A stretch of DNA of 64,000 bases from Marsupella aquatica (taxonomy: Eukaryota; Plantae; Marchantiophyta), in the NCBI GenBank assembly GCA_973895155.1, contig OZ316898.1, positions 17,040,752 to 17,104,751 of the forward strand, read 5' to 3'. Below the pieces are notes generated by a model. That model was not told the DNA's origin, did not search any database, and saw only the letters and a list, made by a program, of their open reading frames with translations. Numbering within the stretch: the stretch's first letter is position 1; each line of letters starts with the position of its first letter. The position numbers were made by a program, and so were the translations under genes. Of the stretch, positions 13,824 to 23,981 are shown one piece after another.

Positions 13824-14487
13824 CCTGGCGCCTCCTGTCGTCTCCGGCGGTGCTCTTTCCCAGCTCGACAATTAATTAACAGACTGAACAGGAGCGAGAC
13901 GGTGGCGAAGGCAGTGGCAGCACACCTCGAGTCTCTCTTGCTGTCGAGAAAGGTCCGATCCCAAACTCCCTCATCGACGGAAACTCCAATAAATATAGTA
14001 CTGACCAGCGTTTTTTTAGTAGCAGAAATTCGCCAAATTACACCCGTACCCAAAAAGATTTCGCTATATTTGGCGAAAATTAGCCAGTATTTACAGATCC
14101 CCATGAGAAGTCCCTTGTAAATTCCTTGCCACGAGGTTAAGTCACGAGGTTGCGTCACATCAGCACAAACAGGAAAGGTCTTCATTATGACAGTAACAAA
14201 AAGGCACATTACTATTTGTGGCAAAAGAAATGTTTTTCTATCTCATTAGCCATTGTTCCACTCCTCCATTAACTAGAATCTAATCCTTTAAATGTAGGGA
14301 GATCTGATGGTCAGGAAAATAATCAAATAAGGAATATTGTGAGCATCTTGGCCTTCACACACTGGTGAAAAAGTAAAAACCTTAAAAAATACACTGGTAT
14401 TGACGTTGCAAAAGATAAGTAGTTAGAGCTCTTAACTACACTCCTTTGTCACTAAATGAGGGCGCACACTACTCTTTCACTAAAATA

Positions 14488-15347
14488 GGGCTTCTCAAGC
14501 TAACAATTTTATGGGCATTAACTCAACTCCCTAATTAGAGGCTGACAATTTGATGGACCTTAACTCAACTCACTAGTTAGAGATTAAGGACACAAGCTGA
14601 CAATTTGATGGACCTTAAGTCAACTCCCGAGTTAGAGGTTAAGGACACAAAAAGTTGAGGAACACCAAATTGAGAGTCCGTACTTTTTTGTCATAAGGAT
14701 TGGTTATGCCATTACCATTAGTCATTATAGAGACTGGTGAAAGAAAAAACCAAAACAAAAAATTACACAACCTTGAGAAAAAGTTATAAAGCCTGCAACT
14801 ACTTATGGAATGCACTTACATGGTGCACTTATACAGGTATTTTTGAAACTTGGAAAACATTAGACAATTCATATATCTTAGGAAAATTCAAAGCCACAAT
14901 ATTTACCAGTGTTCACAGTGTCTGTAAAATCAAAACTCAAACTCAAAACTGTTATGTTTTGGCATTGTGATGTGATTTGAAAAGAAAAATCATTTTTTAG
15001 CCCATCTTTAGATTTTATTCATTTGTTAAAAACAATGCATACATTGATAGATCAGTGCTTTACATCAAAATTGCTTAGAATGTTCTTAAAACTTGTATGG
15101 TTCTGAAATCATGGATGATGGCATTTAGCCACAAAGTAATGGTCATAACTTTTTCACAAGGTTGTGTGAATTTTTTTGTACATGGTTTTTCTTTCACCAG
15201 CCTCTACAGTGACTAATGCTAATGGCATACAACCGATCCTTACGCCACAAAGCTATGGACTATGAATTTTGTGGTTTGCAACTTTTTGTGTCCTTAATCT
15301 GAAACTAGGGAGTTAAGGTCCATCAAATTGTCAACTTTGGGATGCCC
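14488..15347. mobile_element. Foldback MITE (~860 bp) with long imperfect TIRs, flanked by TA
   Basis: The arm 14488-~14810 is the imperfect reverse complement of ~15120-15347. Ends are TA|GGGC...GCCC|TA. The left arm has an internal ~56-bp tandem expansion. Confidence 0.75.
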
Positions 15348-15970
15348 TAGTACATACATAACTGTACAGTAGAAAGAAGCTCCCTCTAGTATGTCCAGTA
15401 CTGTAGAAGGAAGTTTCTAACTGTGCAGTTTAATATAGTTACTATTTACGGACCCCACTAGAGGTTCCTTCCAAAATTCCTGGCACCACAGCGTGCCACA
15501 TCAGCAACAACCGCAACAAACAAGAATCATCATGTTTGCGCAACGAATAACCTCCTCTCCATCTTGTTTACGTCAATTTTTGTGTAATTTTATGGACGCC
15601 GTGCCGTCAAAACCTAATGTAAAAATACTTAAAAGTAATTCATCCAAATCTATTGATACAAAGGACGAGATTAAAAACATTCACCCATATTCTCTTTACT
15701 TAAATTTATAAATGTTTTTTTATAAAAGTAAATAGTGTTCAACATTAAAAGTAACCGTATTCCTATGTAACTGCCGAAATAAAACCGTCATAACAAAAGA
15801 AGCACATCAACATTTCGAAAGGGAGGAAGGCTCTTGATGAAAGTAATGAAAAGAGGAAAGCTCGAAAGGAGTTTCGCCTCTTGAAGGGCAAAAGAGGAAT
15901 GTTGGAGAAACAAAATCAAAAAAGATCAGAAGCCGAGTGAAGAAAGCAAAAATGAGAACTGATCGAGGAC

Positions 15971-16262
15971 AGAAAAGAGGCGCAGCACGTCTTAATCAGA
16001 AACAAATAGATCGAGCAGAAAGAAGGAGAAGCAAAGAGAATCGATAAGGACAGTGACAAGATCGAGAGAAAGCCTCGCGCACCTGATCCTGAAAGAGGAA
16101 ACGAGAGATCCGAATTTCAGAAAAGAGGCGCAGCACATCTTAATCAGAAACAAATAGATCGAGCAGAAAGAAGGATAAGCAAAGAGAATCGATAAGGACA
16201 TTGACAAGATCGAGAGAAAGCCTAGCACCTGATTTTGATAGAGGAAACGAGATATCCGAATC
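15971..16262 (+). repeat. 148-bp tandem duplication in purine-rich sequence with charged-residue coding potential
   Basis: agaaaagaggcgcagcac(g/a)tcttaatcagaaacaaatagatcgagcag starts at 15971 and 16119. Confidence 0.85.
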
Positions 16263-17519
16263 GGTACGAAACCAGAAACAGTGATTGAATGAAAGAAAAA
16301 ACGATAAGGAGATAATCGAGGATCTATGCACGTCCAAGCTGCTGAGTTTTTGTCGCTGTTATTTGAATGTTTTTGGTGAGCACCGAAGCTCAAGTAGGAC
16401 TGATCGACCTCAACTACTCTAGCATATCACCAAAGCTCAACTACAAATCTCTCACCGAGAATGACTCTAGTTTCCATTCTCCAGGTAGGAGGAACCCATC
16501 TAAGAAACCCTACTCCATTAATTGGCTCTTCCTTCCATTGCACCGGTGCGTCAAATCTTTTGCACTTCTTTTCGTTATTTGTCCATTAAGGTTCCATAGA
16601 TTTGTACAGACGTTGCAACAAACGCCCAAATCCCCTTTCTGTAAGATTCTTGCACACCATCTGGTGTCGGATCCCCTGTTAGATAAGATCGTAAGGCAGA
16701 AGGATGTTATGGAAACAGAAGCGGGTATTTTAAGTATTTTTACATTATTCCAATCGTCGTATTTTCCTGATGACCCGTCACTGAGCTTAACTGAATTTCG
16801 ATGAAGGAATGGGATTTAGAGTTCCGGTATTTAGAATGGATAATGACATTCGATGTAGATTCTCCTCTGACGTGGAGGATCGATGTCTGTTGTGGAAGGA
16901 AACAACACTCTAGCGTTTGAAATAGCCCAGACCAGAACTTGTCTGTCTCTGTCTGCATAGACAGCATTTACCAATCAATTCGTTTCGTATGGTGGCCATG
17001 TTTTGAAATTGAAGTACTCGAATGTGCATTTTTATTTCCCAGTTAGAAAGGGCTTATCAATTATTTGCCGTAACTTTTAAGATCCTATGACAGACATCGT
17101 CCTGAGCTCCTTTGGGGCCGGTAAGCCAGTCTCTCGAGGACGTTTTTAGTAGGAGTAGTGGTCGTCATCGAATTCCTGGTTGTAGTTGTTTGAGTGAAGG
17201 ACGCTTCTGAACACTTGTCTAAACTCTAAGCAGTTGCAGGATTACGTACTGAACAATTATAGCACCTGAGGAAACTGAGTCACGTTTGCATTTAGCTTGC
17301 GATAGGATGTCTCGTTTTGTTACTATTCGAAAGTTTCTGCGTTGGTGCTGGAAACGAAAATGGAATTATAGATCATCACGTTATAGAGATAAATGACCGA
17401 GAGGGAGAGAACATTTTGTTTCCAACCTTATCCCATGCGTATGTGAGAGCTATTTCTTGGACCACAGAATCAACGCACGGGATGATTGCGCCCATGTTGA
17501 GATCTCGCATCGGTGCTGC

Positions 17520-17862
17520 TGTGGCTTCTCTTTCAGATCTTGTTTCTCAAGTTGTTCTGCTAGAATCCCAAAGGCTTTGATTATGCCCTCGGGCATCAAG
17601 CTCGAGCTCGGAACAGTGAGTGTCACTCTTCTCAGTGGATGGAATGGTACTTTGGAGGGCATTTAATTTGAGGAAAGATCATTGTACGTGGTGTTGGTAG
17701 GGTGATTATACGAACCTCCTAGCGCTGGTCGAGTAGCCTGTGCTTTGGATGTTGGTTCTCAAGTTGTTTTCTCAAGGGCTTGACTGTGCTCTCGGGCATT
17801 CAACTCAAGCTCTCAATAGGGAGGCTGATTTTACTCGGCGGACGGAACGTATTTTGGAGGGA
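17520..17862. repeat. Diverged direct repeat pair (~17520-17660 and ~17735-17862) abutting the helicase ORF
   Basis: Both copies contain ttctcaagttgtt...ctcgggcat...ctc(g/a)agctc...tttggaggg. Confidence 0.65.
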
Positions 17863-17930
17863 CTCTAGGACTCAAGGACCTGTCTGAAGTCCAACTCAAG
17901 CTCGTCAGCGGAGCCGTCCTGTCTCGGAGC

Positions 17931-19967
17931 GTGTGCACCACGGAGGCGGCCTTGACGTGCCTCAAAATCAGCATCATCCATCGCTCGGAGACAGTGGCAT
18001 TCATGGACTCGTTGCCTCTGAAACTGCGGTCCGCCATCTACCGTAAGTCCTCGGGGATATGTTTGCATTCCACCAGACTCTATGCACAGAGGCCTGAGGA
18101 CATGTTTGCAATGTCCTTCTACGACTACTTTACCAACCACGAGGTCCTCACCAATAAGAAAAGCACCATCAAAGACTACGTCGGCAGGGATTTGCAAGGC
18201 AATTTTGTGTATCGGACAGATCGGCTCGTGCGATTTTTGGAGTATCATCCACTATACAAGATGAACGGCTTCTTCTACAACTACCTCTTGAAGGTCGTGA
18301 GATTCCGTGCAGAAGGCGAGATTCTCCTCAGGCCCATAAGCGAGACGTGGAGCTACTTGCACGAGTGCATACATCGCAAGTTGATAACCAGCGTCGACGA
18401 CGTACACAAGTTGGTGCTTGAGTATTGCGCATCGCACCTCTACTCCACCCACCACACATCCCACCTGCTACAGGAGCTGAACAAAAAGCTTCCCCACCAA
18501 ATTTTCAACGACGCGGCCACATTCCAAGCGGTCCCCACCGTTGCCGTAGAGAAACCGATCGGCGTGGTGCTCAACGACAAAACTCTCCCGACCGTCAACT
18601 TGACTCCGGACCAAATCAGAGTGTTTGAGGCACTCAAGGATGTCAAGAGCGGTCTGTTCATGATCGATGGAAATCCGGGATCCGGCAAGACTTTCTTCAT
18701 CTCTTTCATGAACAAATACTGGACATATAAAGGGAGGAAGGTGAAGATGTGTGCCACCACGGGCGCGGCTACCATAAACCTTCACGCGGACGCGGTGACA
18801 ATGCATTCCTTGTTCAACATTCCAATACACGGAGAGCTCAGGCCTCTGCACATCACCAGTTCCCAATACCACATCTTGAGGAACAATGACGTGTTCATCA
18901 TAGATGAGGCGAGCATGCTGACACCCAAACTGTTGCGTTGCGTCTCCACAAGACTACATGAGACACTCCAAGACGAGGACCGCTCATCCGACCCGTTCCA
19001 AAATAAGATGGTCATCCTGATCGGAGACATGTGCCAATTGCCTCCGGTTTGCACCCACCACACCAACGACATATGCAGGTCGTGCCATCTCTCGTCGTCG
19101 CCATATTTTGAGACCATGCAAAAATTTCACCTCAGCACTGTGCTCAGACAAAGCACAGATTGGGAGTTCATGCAGTTCCTTAACAACATCCGCACAGGCC
19201 TCCCTACCCAAGAATTGATCGATGAGTGCCTGGGACGATGTTACGTGTCCAAACAAGAAGCCCATGATTTCATCGACGCCTCGACGACCGTGATATGCAC
19301 ACATAGAGAAACAGTCGACAACTACAACGAACGGGCATTACGGAGATATTTTCCATGCCAAGAGATCGTGCCCGTCCCAATACTCACCAATGCCCCTTCA
19401 GACGAATCCACCTGGCCTTGGATACAAGATCCCTCCTTCCACACACTGACGAACGTTGCAATCGGATGCAAGGTGATTCTCACACACAACATCGACCTCT
19501 CCAAGCAGGCCGCGAACAGCAACGGAGGAATTGTGGAGAAAATCACTACAGAAGCCGAAGGCAAAATGTCAATTTTTGTGAGAATGTCTTCCAACCATTG
19601 CCTCGTAAAGATCAACCGCACGGTTCACGAGAACAAGTTCATCTCGGGACAGCAAACCCATCAAAAATCCACTTTCCCTCTCATGCTCGGATATGCCATA
19701 ACAGGTCACAAGAGCGAAGGTTGCACACTAGCAGGCAAGGTTGTGCTAGAAATAAACAGTGCATTCACACCGGGACTGGTGTACGTTATGTTGAGTAGGG
19801 TCACAAATAGAGCATTCATGCGCATTGTTGGAGATCTTACGGCGCCGGACTTCAAAGTGTTCCACTTACCCATTCGTCGTGTTCAACAAGCAGATGTCGA
19901 CCACCAAAGGCAACAAGGCAGCGAAGGCATCACAACAACAACGAGAAACAATGACAGGCACAAATAG
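17931..19967 (+). CDS. PIF1-family SF1B DNA helicase, Helitron RepHel C-terminal half (frame open from 17829; first ATG 18003)
   Basis: Walker A GNPGSGKT (18669-18692), Walker B IIDEASML, GDMCQLPPV, LSTVLRQ, FPLMLGYAITGHKSEG and GLVYVMLSRV. Upstream are RSVCTTEAA, YAQRP..MSFYDYF and FYNYLL..RFR linker motifs. No introns or stops. Confidence 0.9.
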   Translation: MCTTEAALTCLKISIIHRSETVAFMDSLPLKLRSAIYRKSSGICLHSTRLYAQRPEDMFAMSFYDYFTNHEVLTNKKSTIKDYVGRDLQGNFVYRTDRLVRFLEYHPLYKMNGFFYNYLLKVVRFRAEGEILLRPISETWSYLHECIHRKLITSVDDVHKLVLEYCASHLYSTHHTSHLLQELNKKLPHQIFNDAATFQAVPTVAVEKPIGVVLNDKTLPTVNLTPDQIRVFEALKDVKSGLFMIDGNPGSGKTFFISFMNKYWTYKGRKVKMCATTGAATINLHADAVTMHSLFNIPIHGELRPLHITSSQYHILRNNDVFIIDEASMLTPKLLRCVSTRLHETLQDEDRSSDPFQNKMVILIGDMCQLPPVCTHHTNDICRSCHLSSSPYFETMQKFHLSTVLRQSTDWEFMQFLNNIRTGLPTQELIDECLGRCYVSKQEAHDFIDASTTVICTHRETVDNYNERALRRYFPCQEIVPVPILTNAPSDESTWPWIQDPSFHTLTNVAIGCKVILTHNIDLSKQAANSNGGIVEKITTEAEGKMSIFVRMSSNHCLVKINRTVHENKFISGQQTHQKSTFPLMLGYAITGHKSEGCTLAGKVVLEINSAFTPGLVYVMLSRVTNRAFMRIVGDLTAPDFKVFHLPIRRVQQADVDHQRQQGSEGITTTTRNNDRHK

Positions 19968-20763
19968 CAATCCGACAAGCGCTACTCCGACATCAGTTCA
20001 GGTAAACAGTGTCCACTTCATACTTCACCTTGTTGATGCAAGCGATATATAATGAAATGGTGATACAAAAGTTGCAAGATTCATTAACATTGACGGGCAC
20101 TATTGTTCTAACACATTGTTCACGTCTTTCCTGTGCAGCCCATGATAGCCGTGGAGATGGCAAGGATGATCATGAGAGAGCTGTCGTCGGATGACTTCCG
20201 GACTGAAGAGGAGGTAATGGCTAAACAAATTGCTTTCGGCAATGGTCTCGGAATCGAGACAACTGAGATGGTGAACGGGATCAAGAGGAGAGAACTGTCG
20301 AAGATGATTGAAGAGAGGAAAGTGTTCAAGGCCGACTTCTACGATCATTATGGAGATAAACCAGCGACTGGTAAGCACAAAGAGAAAACCCCCAATAAAA
20401 AATGAATTAAACCATCTCATGCACACATTAAGCACTAACTCCGTGTTGAAAACAAATGCAGGTGTCATGAAGGAAATTCTTAGGTACATGGCAGTTCCGT
20501 TCGAGGAAGACCAGCTCACTTACAAGGACGGGATGCGTGAGTACATCCAGGTCACAAAGGGAGCTCGTCTAGAGCAACTGACCAGATTGAGGCATGATTT
20601 CAAGATGCCACTTGATATGTTGGTAGGGCTGACACATCAGCAATCCCAGTCCCTGATCGACAGGCTGAGGAGGAGCAGCGACCAGGGGCTGCTATCTGAC
20701 GTCCCTGCCCAAACAACAACGGAACAACCCACCACATCCAAGCGGAAATTCAACGCGATTTGA
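19894..20763 (+). CDS. Hypothetical 213-aa protein, three exons (19894-20001, 20139-20370, 20462-20763)
   Basis: Donors CAG|GTAAAC and CTG|GTAAGC, acceptors TGCAG, and CTAAC branch sites in both introns. Splicing joins three separate ORF-track ORFs into one 642-nt frame. Confidence 0.75.
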
Positions 20764-22499
20764 CAGTTGTTTCCATGATGTAGTACAAGTTTCATTTTTC
20801 AGAACAATGTGGTGTATCATGCAAAAACAAATGACCAGTCCCAATAAAGATACCCATTGTCCGAAACATATTTATCTATATCAATAACTATCTACTTTTT
20901 AACACATTTTTTATTTGTGTCAATAACTATCCACTTTTCAATCTCAATCAAATAAAAACAGGTGGGGGTCCACAAACTAATTCTGGTTAAAGCAGGGATC
21001 CCACATAAAGTTGCATTATTTAGAGTGTGTTATAGTCGCGTTCCTTACTGCTCATCTGCTAATTCTAGCAAATCTACCAAAAATTTAGTCTAATAAGATA
21101 CTTGAGACCCTAATGTGAAAGCCCAGAAAACTTTAGATTTAGTTAACATATTTGTTAACTTATTCATCTAAACACTGATTTGATTTATCAGTGTTAGTAT
21201 TTTTCATGATTTGCAAAACACTGCCAAAAAGGAGGGGAAAAACCTCCAAACCAGGAGACAAGATACCAAAGGCAAGAGACCAAATGAAGGGGAGAAAATC
21301 AGGGAATTCTTACTGTGCTCTTCAGTAGTACGCTGCTGTGCATACTACTGTAACTTTTTGCATGTCACCGGCAGATGGAGGGGGTCCCATGCGACCTTGC
21401 TAGTATTACACTACTGTACACTAATATGCTTTGCTACAAATCTCCTGTGATACAAATCTCATGCACATGAATAAATTCCATGCTTTGAGAAAAGAACCAC
21501 AACAAGCACGTACAAAAGCGACTATCGAACCTAAGGTACACAAATCATCACTCATCAGAATCAGTTTCAGTATTAATAGTCTCATTGGATGTGAGTGCTT
21601 TGATCATTTCCATGAGAGTGTACTTCCCAAGGCACATAACATAGTTAGTCGTTTATTACATGAGATGGGTCTCCTTTACGCTGTCTACTAAAAAGCTATA
21701 CGTCTGATCCTACTGACTAACTCTCAAGTGCATTTACATATACTTCTTCTCTTCAGAAAGGTGATTGGCCCAGGTCTTTAACTATGGCTCTCAGATGTAC
21801 TTTGCCGTTGATAACAAAAATCATCCACCGCACCCTTAAGTGTTATGATGCATTCGAGTTATAGGTGCTTCACTTATTTGATCTCATTTACCATCGAGTT
21901 CTATGTCAGGTGGCAACTCTCAAAATTTGCGGTAGTATCTCTTCCATCAGAAACACATAGCAATCGGTAGTGTTGTTTGCAAAAAGGAAATAGTGGAATC
22001 TATGTTGTAGAACTCCTCACCTCTCCAAATGAAAAACTAGAACGATAGTTCAGGTATGAGCGGCTACAACAAACAGCAATTTACCTCAAGCTCATGGAGC
22101 CAGCCTCTCACAAACCTCGTCCCATTAAGTTATTGTTACTCATGGTGAGGCACTCTTACTCACTTTGTAACGTTGACCCAGTGCAGCCAGACAACCAAGG
22201 ACTCGGTCCTTCGTCCAGGTTTCACACGAGTTAAAGCAGGACTCTCGTGCCCTCTGCTCTCACGTGGATTCATGTGTGACTAAGATGCCGGTGCGTTACT
22301 AACCTCCTAGAGTTTCATTTCTTATAAGCTCGTAACCCAGGTGAGAAAAAGTCCACGAACTGATTAGTCCACATCTAATTTCAGTCTAGGAAATCGTTTC
22401 CACAGTGCCACATTTTGAAGGGGTCTCTTTGACGTGGAACTTCTCCAGGTTACGACAATTGTGGCTACTCTCTGTCCTTTCGTAAAATAGGCCCAGTTC

Positions 22500-22860
22500 C
22501 TACGCTACAAATCAGAATTATCCAGACACGGTACAATGAACTCGTCCTAACAAGAGGAACAGCTGGCTCATAGTATGGATGTTCGAATCGGAAAACCAAA
22601 GAGACTCCAATCCTTATGCTACCAGTCATTCGGGAATATCCAGGCAGCTTATAATTAACTCGTCCTACAGGAAGAACAGCTGGTTGCACCGGATGTGCGC
22701 ACCTCCAAAGTTTGAATCAGAAAACAAAAGAGGCCCCAATCCCTATACTATCATTCATTCATTCATAAATGTCCATGCAGCTTATAGTGAACTCGTCCTA
22801 CAGGAGGAACAGCTGATTCTACAGAATGTGCACAACCTCCAAAGTTAGAACAAAACGATC
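22500..22860. repeat. Degenerate tandem repeat, ~120-130-bp unit x3
   Basis: aactcgtccta(c)a(g)ga(g)gaacagctg at ~22539, ~22657 and ~22790. Confidence 0.8.
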
Positions 22861-23981
22861 GTCCAAATAGGGGTTGCTGCCCTAGGGTGATTGTCAAGAG
22901 GCAGTCAATTGGGCTGAGCAAGCGGTTGACGCAATCATATCTAGTAACCATTGGCATCAGCGTTCCTACGCTAGACGCCTACGTCTTGGAATTTTCAACA
23001 GCATGGACCGGCTAGGAATTGTACCTAACCGGCTAGAAATAGAACCTAGGACCTCCGGTGTACATCGTAGTCCTCCACCACGGACCTACAGGCCCATCAT
23101 TGCTGCACCATCGTTAATTCGAGTGTGGTTCATTTCCAACACGACCCAGACAAAGATATCGCTACAAACTTCAAATTGTGCTCTCAATTTAATAGCGTCC
23201 TTACTCCCTCGGCTTTATAATCGCATGCAATACCCGCTAAGCTAGGTAAAACAAGGCCTGGGGTCCGGCCAGCATCGGGCCTCCAGAATTTATCCTGCCT
23301 GATTGGTCCTAGCGAGCTCTTCAAACAGGCTAGTATGACGATGACCAGAAGAAATCTGTCCTCTTCATCCATGACTTTGCACAGATTCATCTCATTTTGC
23401 AAGGAGCTCTCAATTGCTTCATAGTATCTAGACCACTCCAAGATAAATTCAATGCATTCATTACACTCTACTGCTAGCACTTATTCAAACCTACATTGCA
23501 ATGCCTAGCAGAGTGAAGGAAAACGTAAAGCCTCAACGATCGAACCGACAGTCTCGAAGATTTCAAAATGGAAAAAGGTAGGATCAGTCTAACATCCACT
23601 TTGTGAAAAGAATCCAGTCACTTTAAAATGGGACAAACTTCATCCACTCGGCGCTCCCACTAATTTGGGATGCTAAAAGGAGCTCATATGAGCGAAAGGA
23701 GTATTTCTGCCTAGTATTTGGTGCACTGATCAGGGTACTCTACAAAACAAAGCGGCCAGTAACTTAACTTGGCCAACGAATCAAGGCGTCATAACTCCAG
23801 CCGTAGAATCAATAGACCCCTCACTAGAGCCTTACTCTGACGTTAAGCCGAAGTTATTCATAAACTATAATTGTAGCTAACATTGTACAAGACTATGAGC
23901 CATCTGCGTATACCTGCAGATGTGATGTAAACATGCGGGACATGCTCACATGGGAGTTCAGGTCAAAGAAATCTAATGATT

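Larger units (their letters stand above)
15440..20980 (+). mobile_element. Helitron-like (Helitron2/Helentron-type protein) element carrying a PIF1 helicase and an accessory gene; 5' boundary approximate
   Basis: PIF1 ORF preceded by RepHel linker-like motifs and a putative 3' terminus GGGGTCCACAAACTAA|T at 20980. TTTACGGACCCCAC at ~15445 is an imperfect inverted match to the right end. The same end motifs recur at ~34130-34567. Confidence 0.6.

Noticed and set aside
17931-19967. Host cellular PIF1 ortholog or viral helicase
   Set aside because: It is intronless, has no upstream ATG, carries Helitron-type linker motifs and sits in a TE-like context. No viral hallmark genes are nearby. Not fully excluded without a phylogeny.
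20133-20763. Frameshifted pseudogene reading of ORFs 20133-20405 and 20308-20763
   Set aside because: A 91-nt GT-AG intron with a CTAAC branch site explains the frame change exactly.
21430-22240. Exon-like fragments with plausible acceptors
   Set aside because: Multiple stops and no identifiable family, so I cannot support a call.
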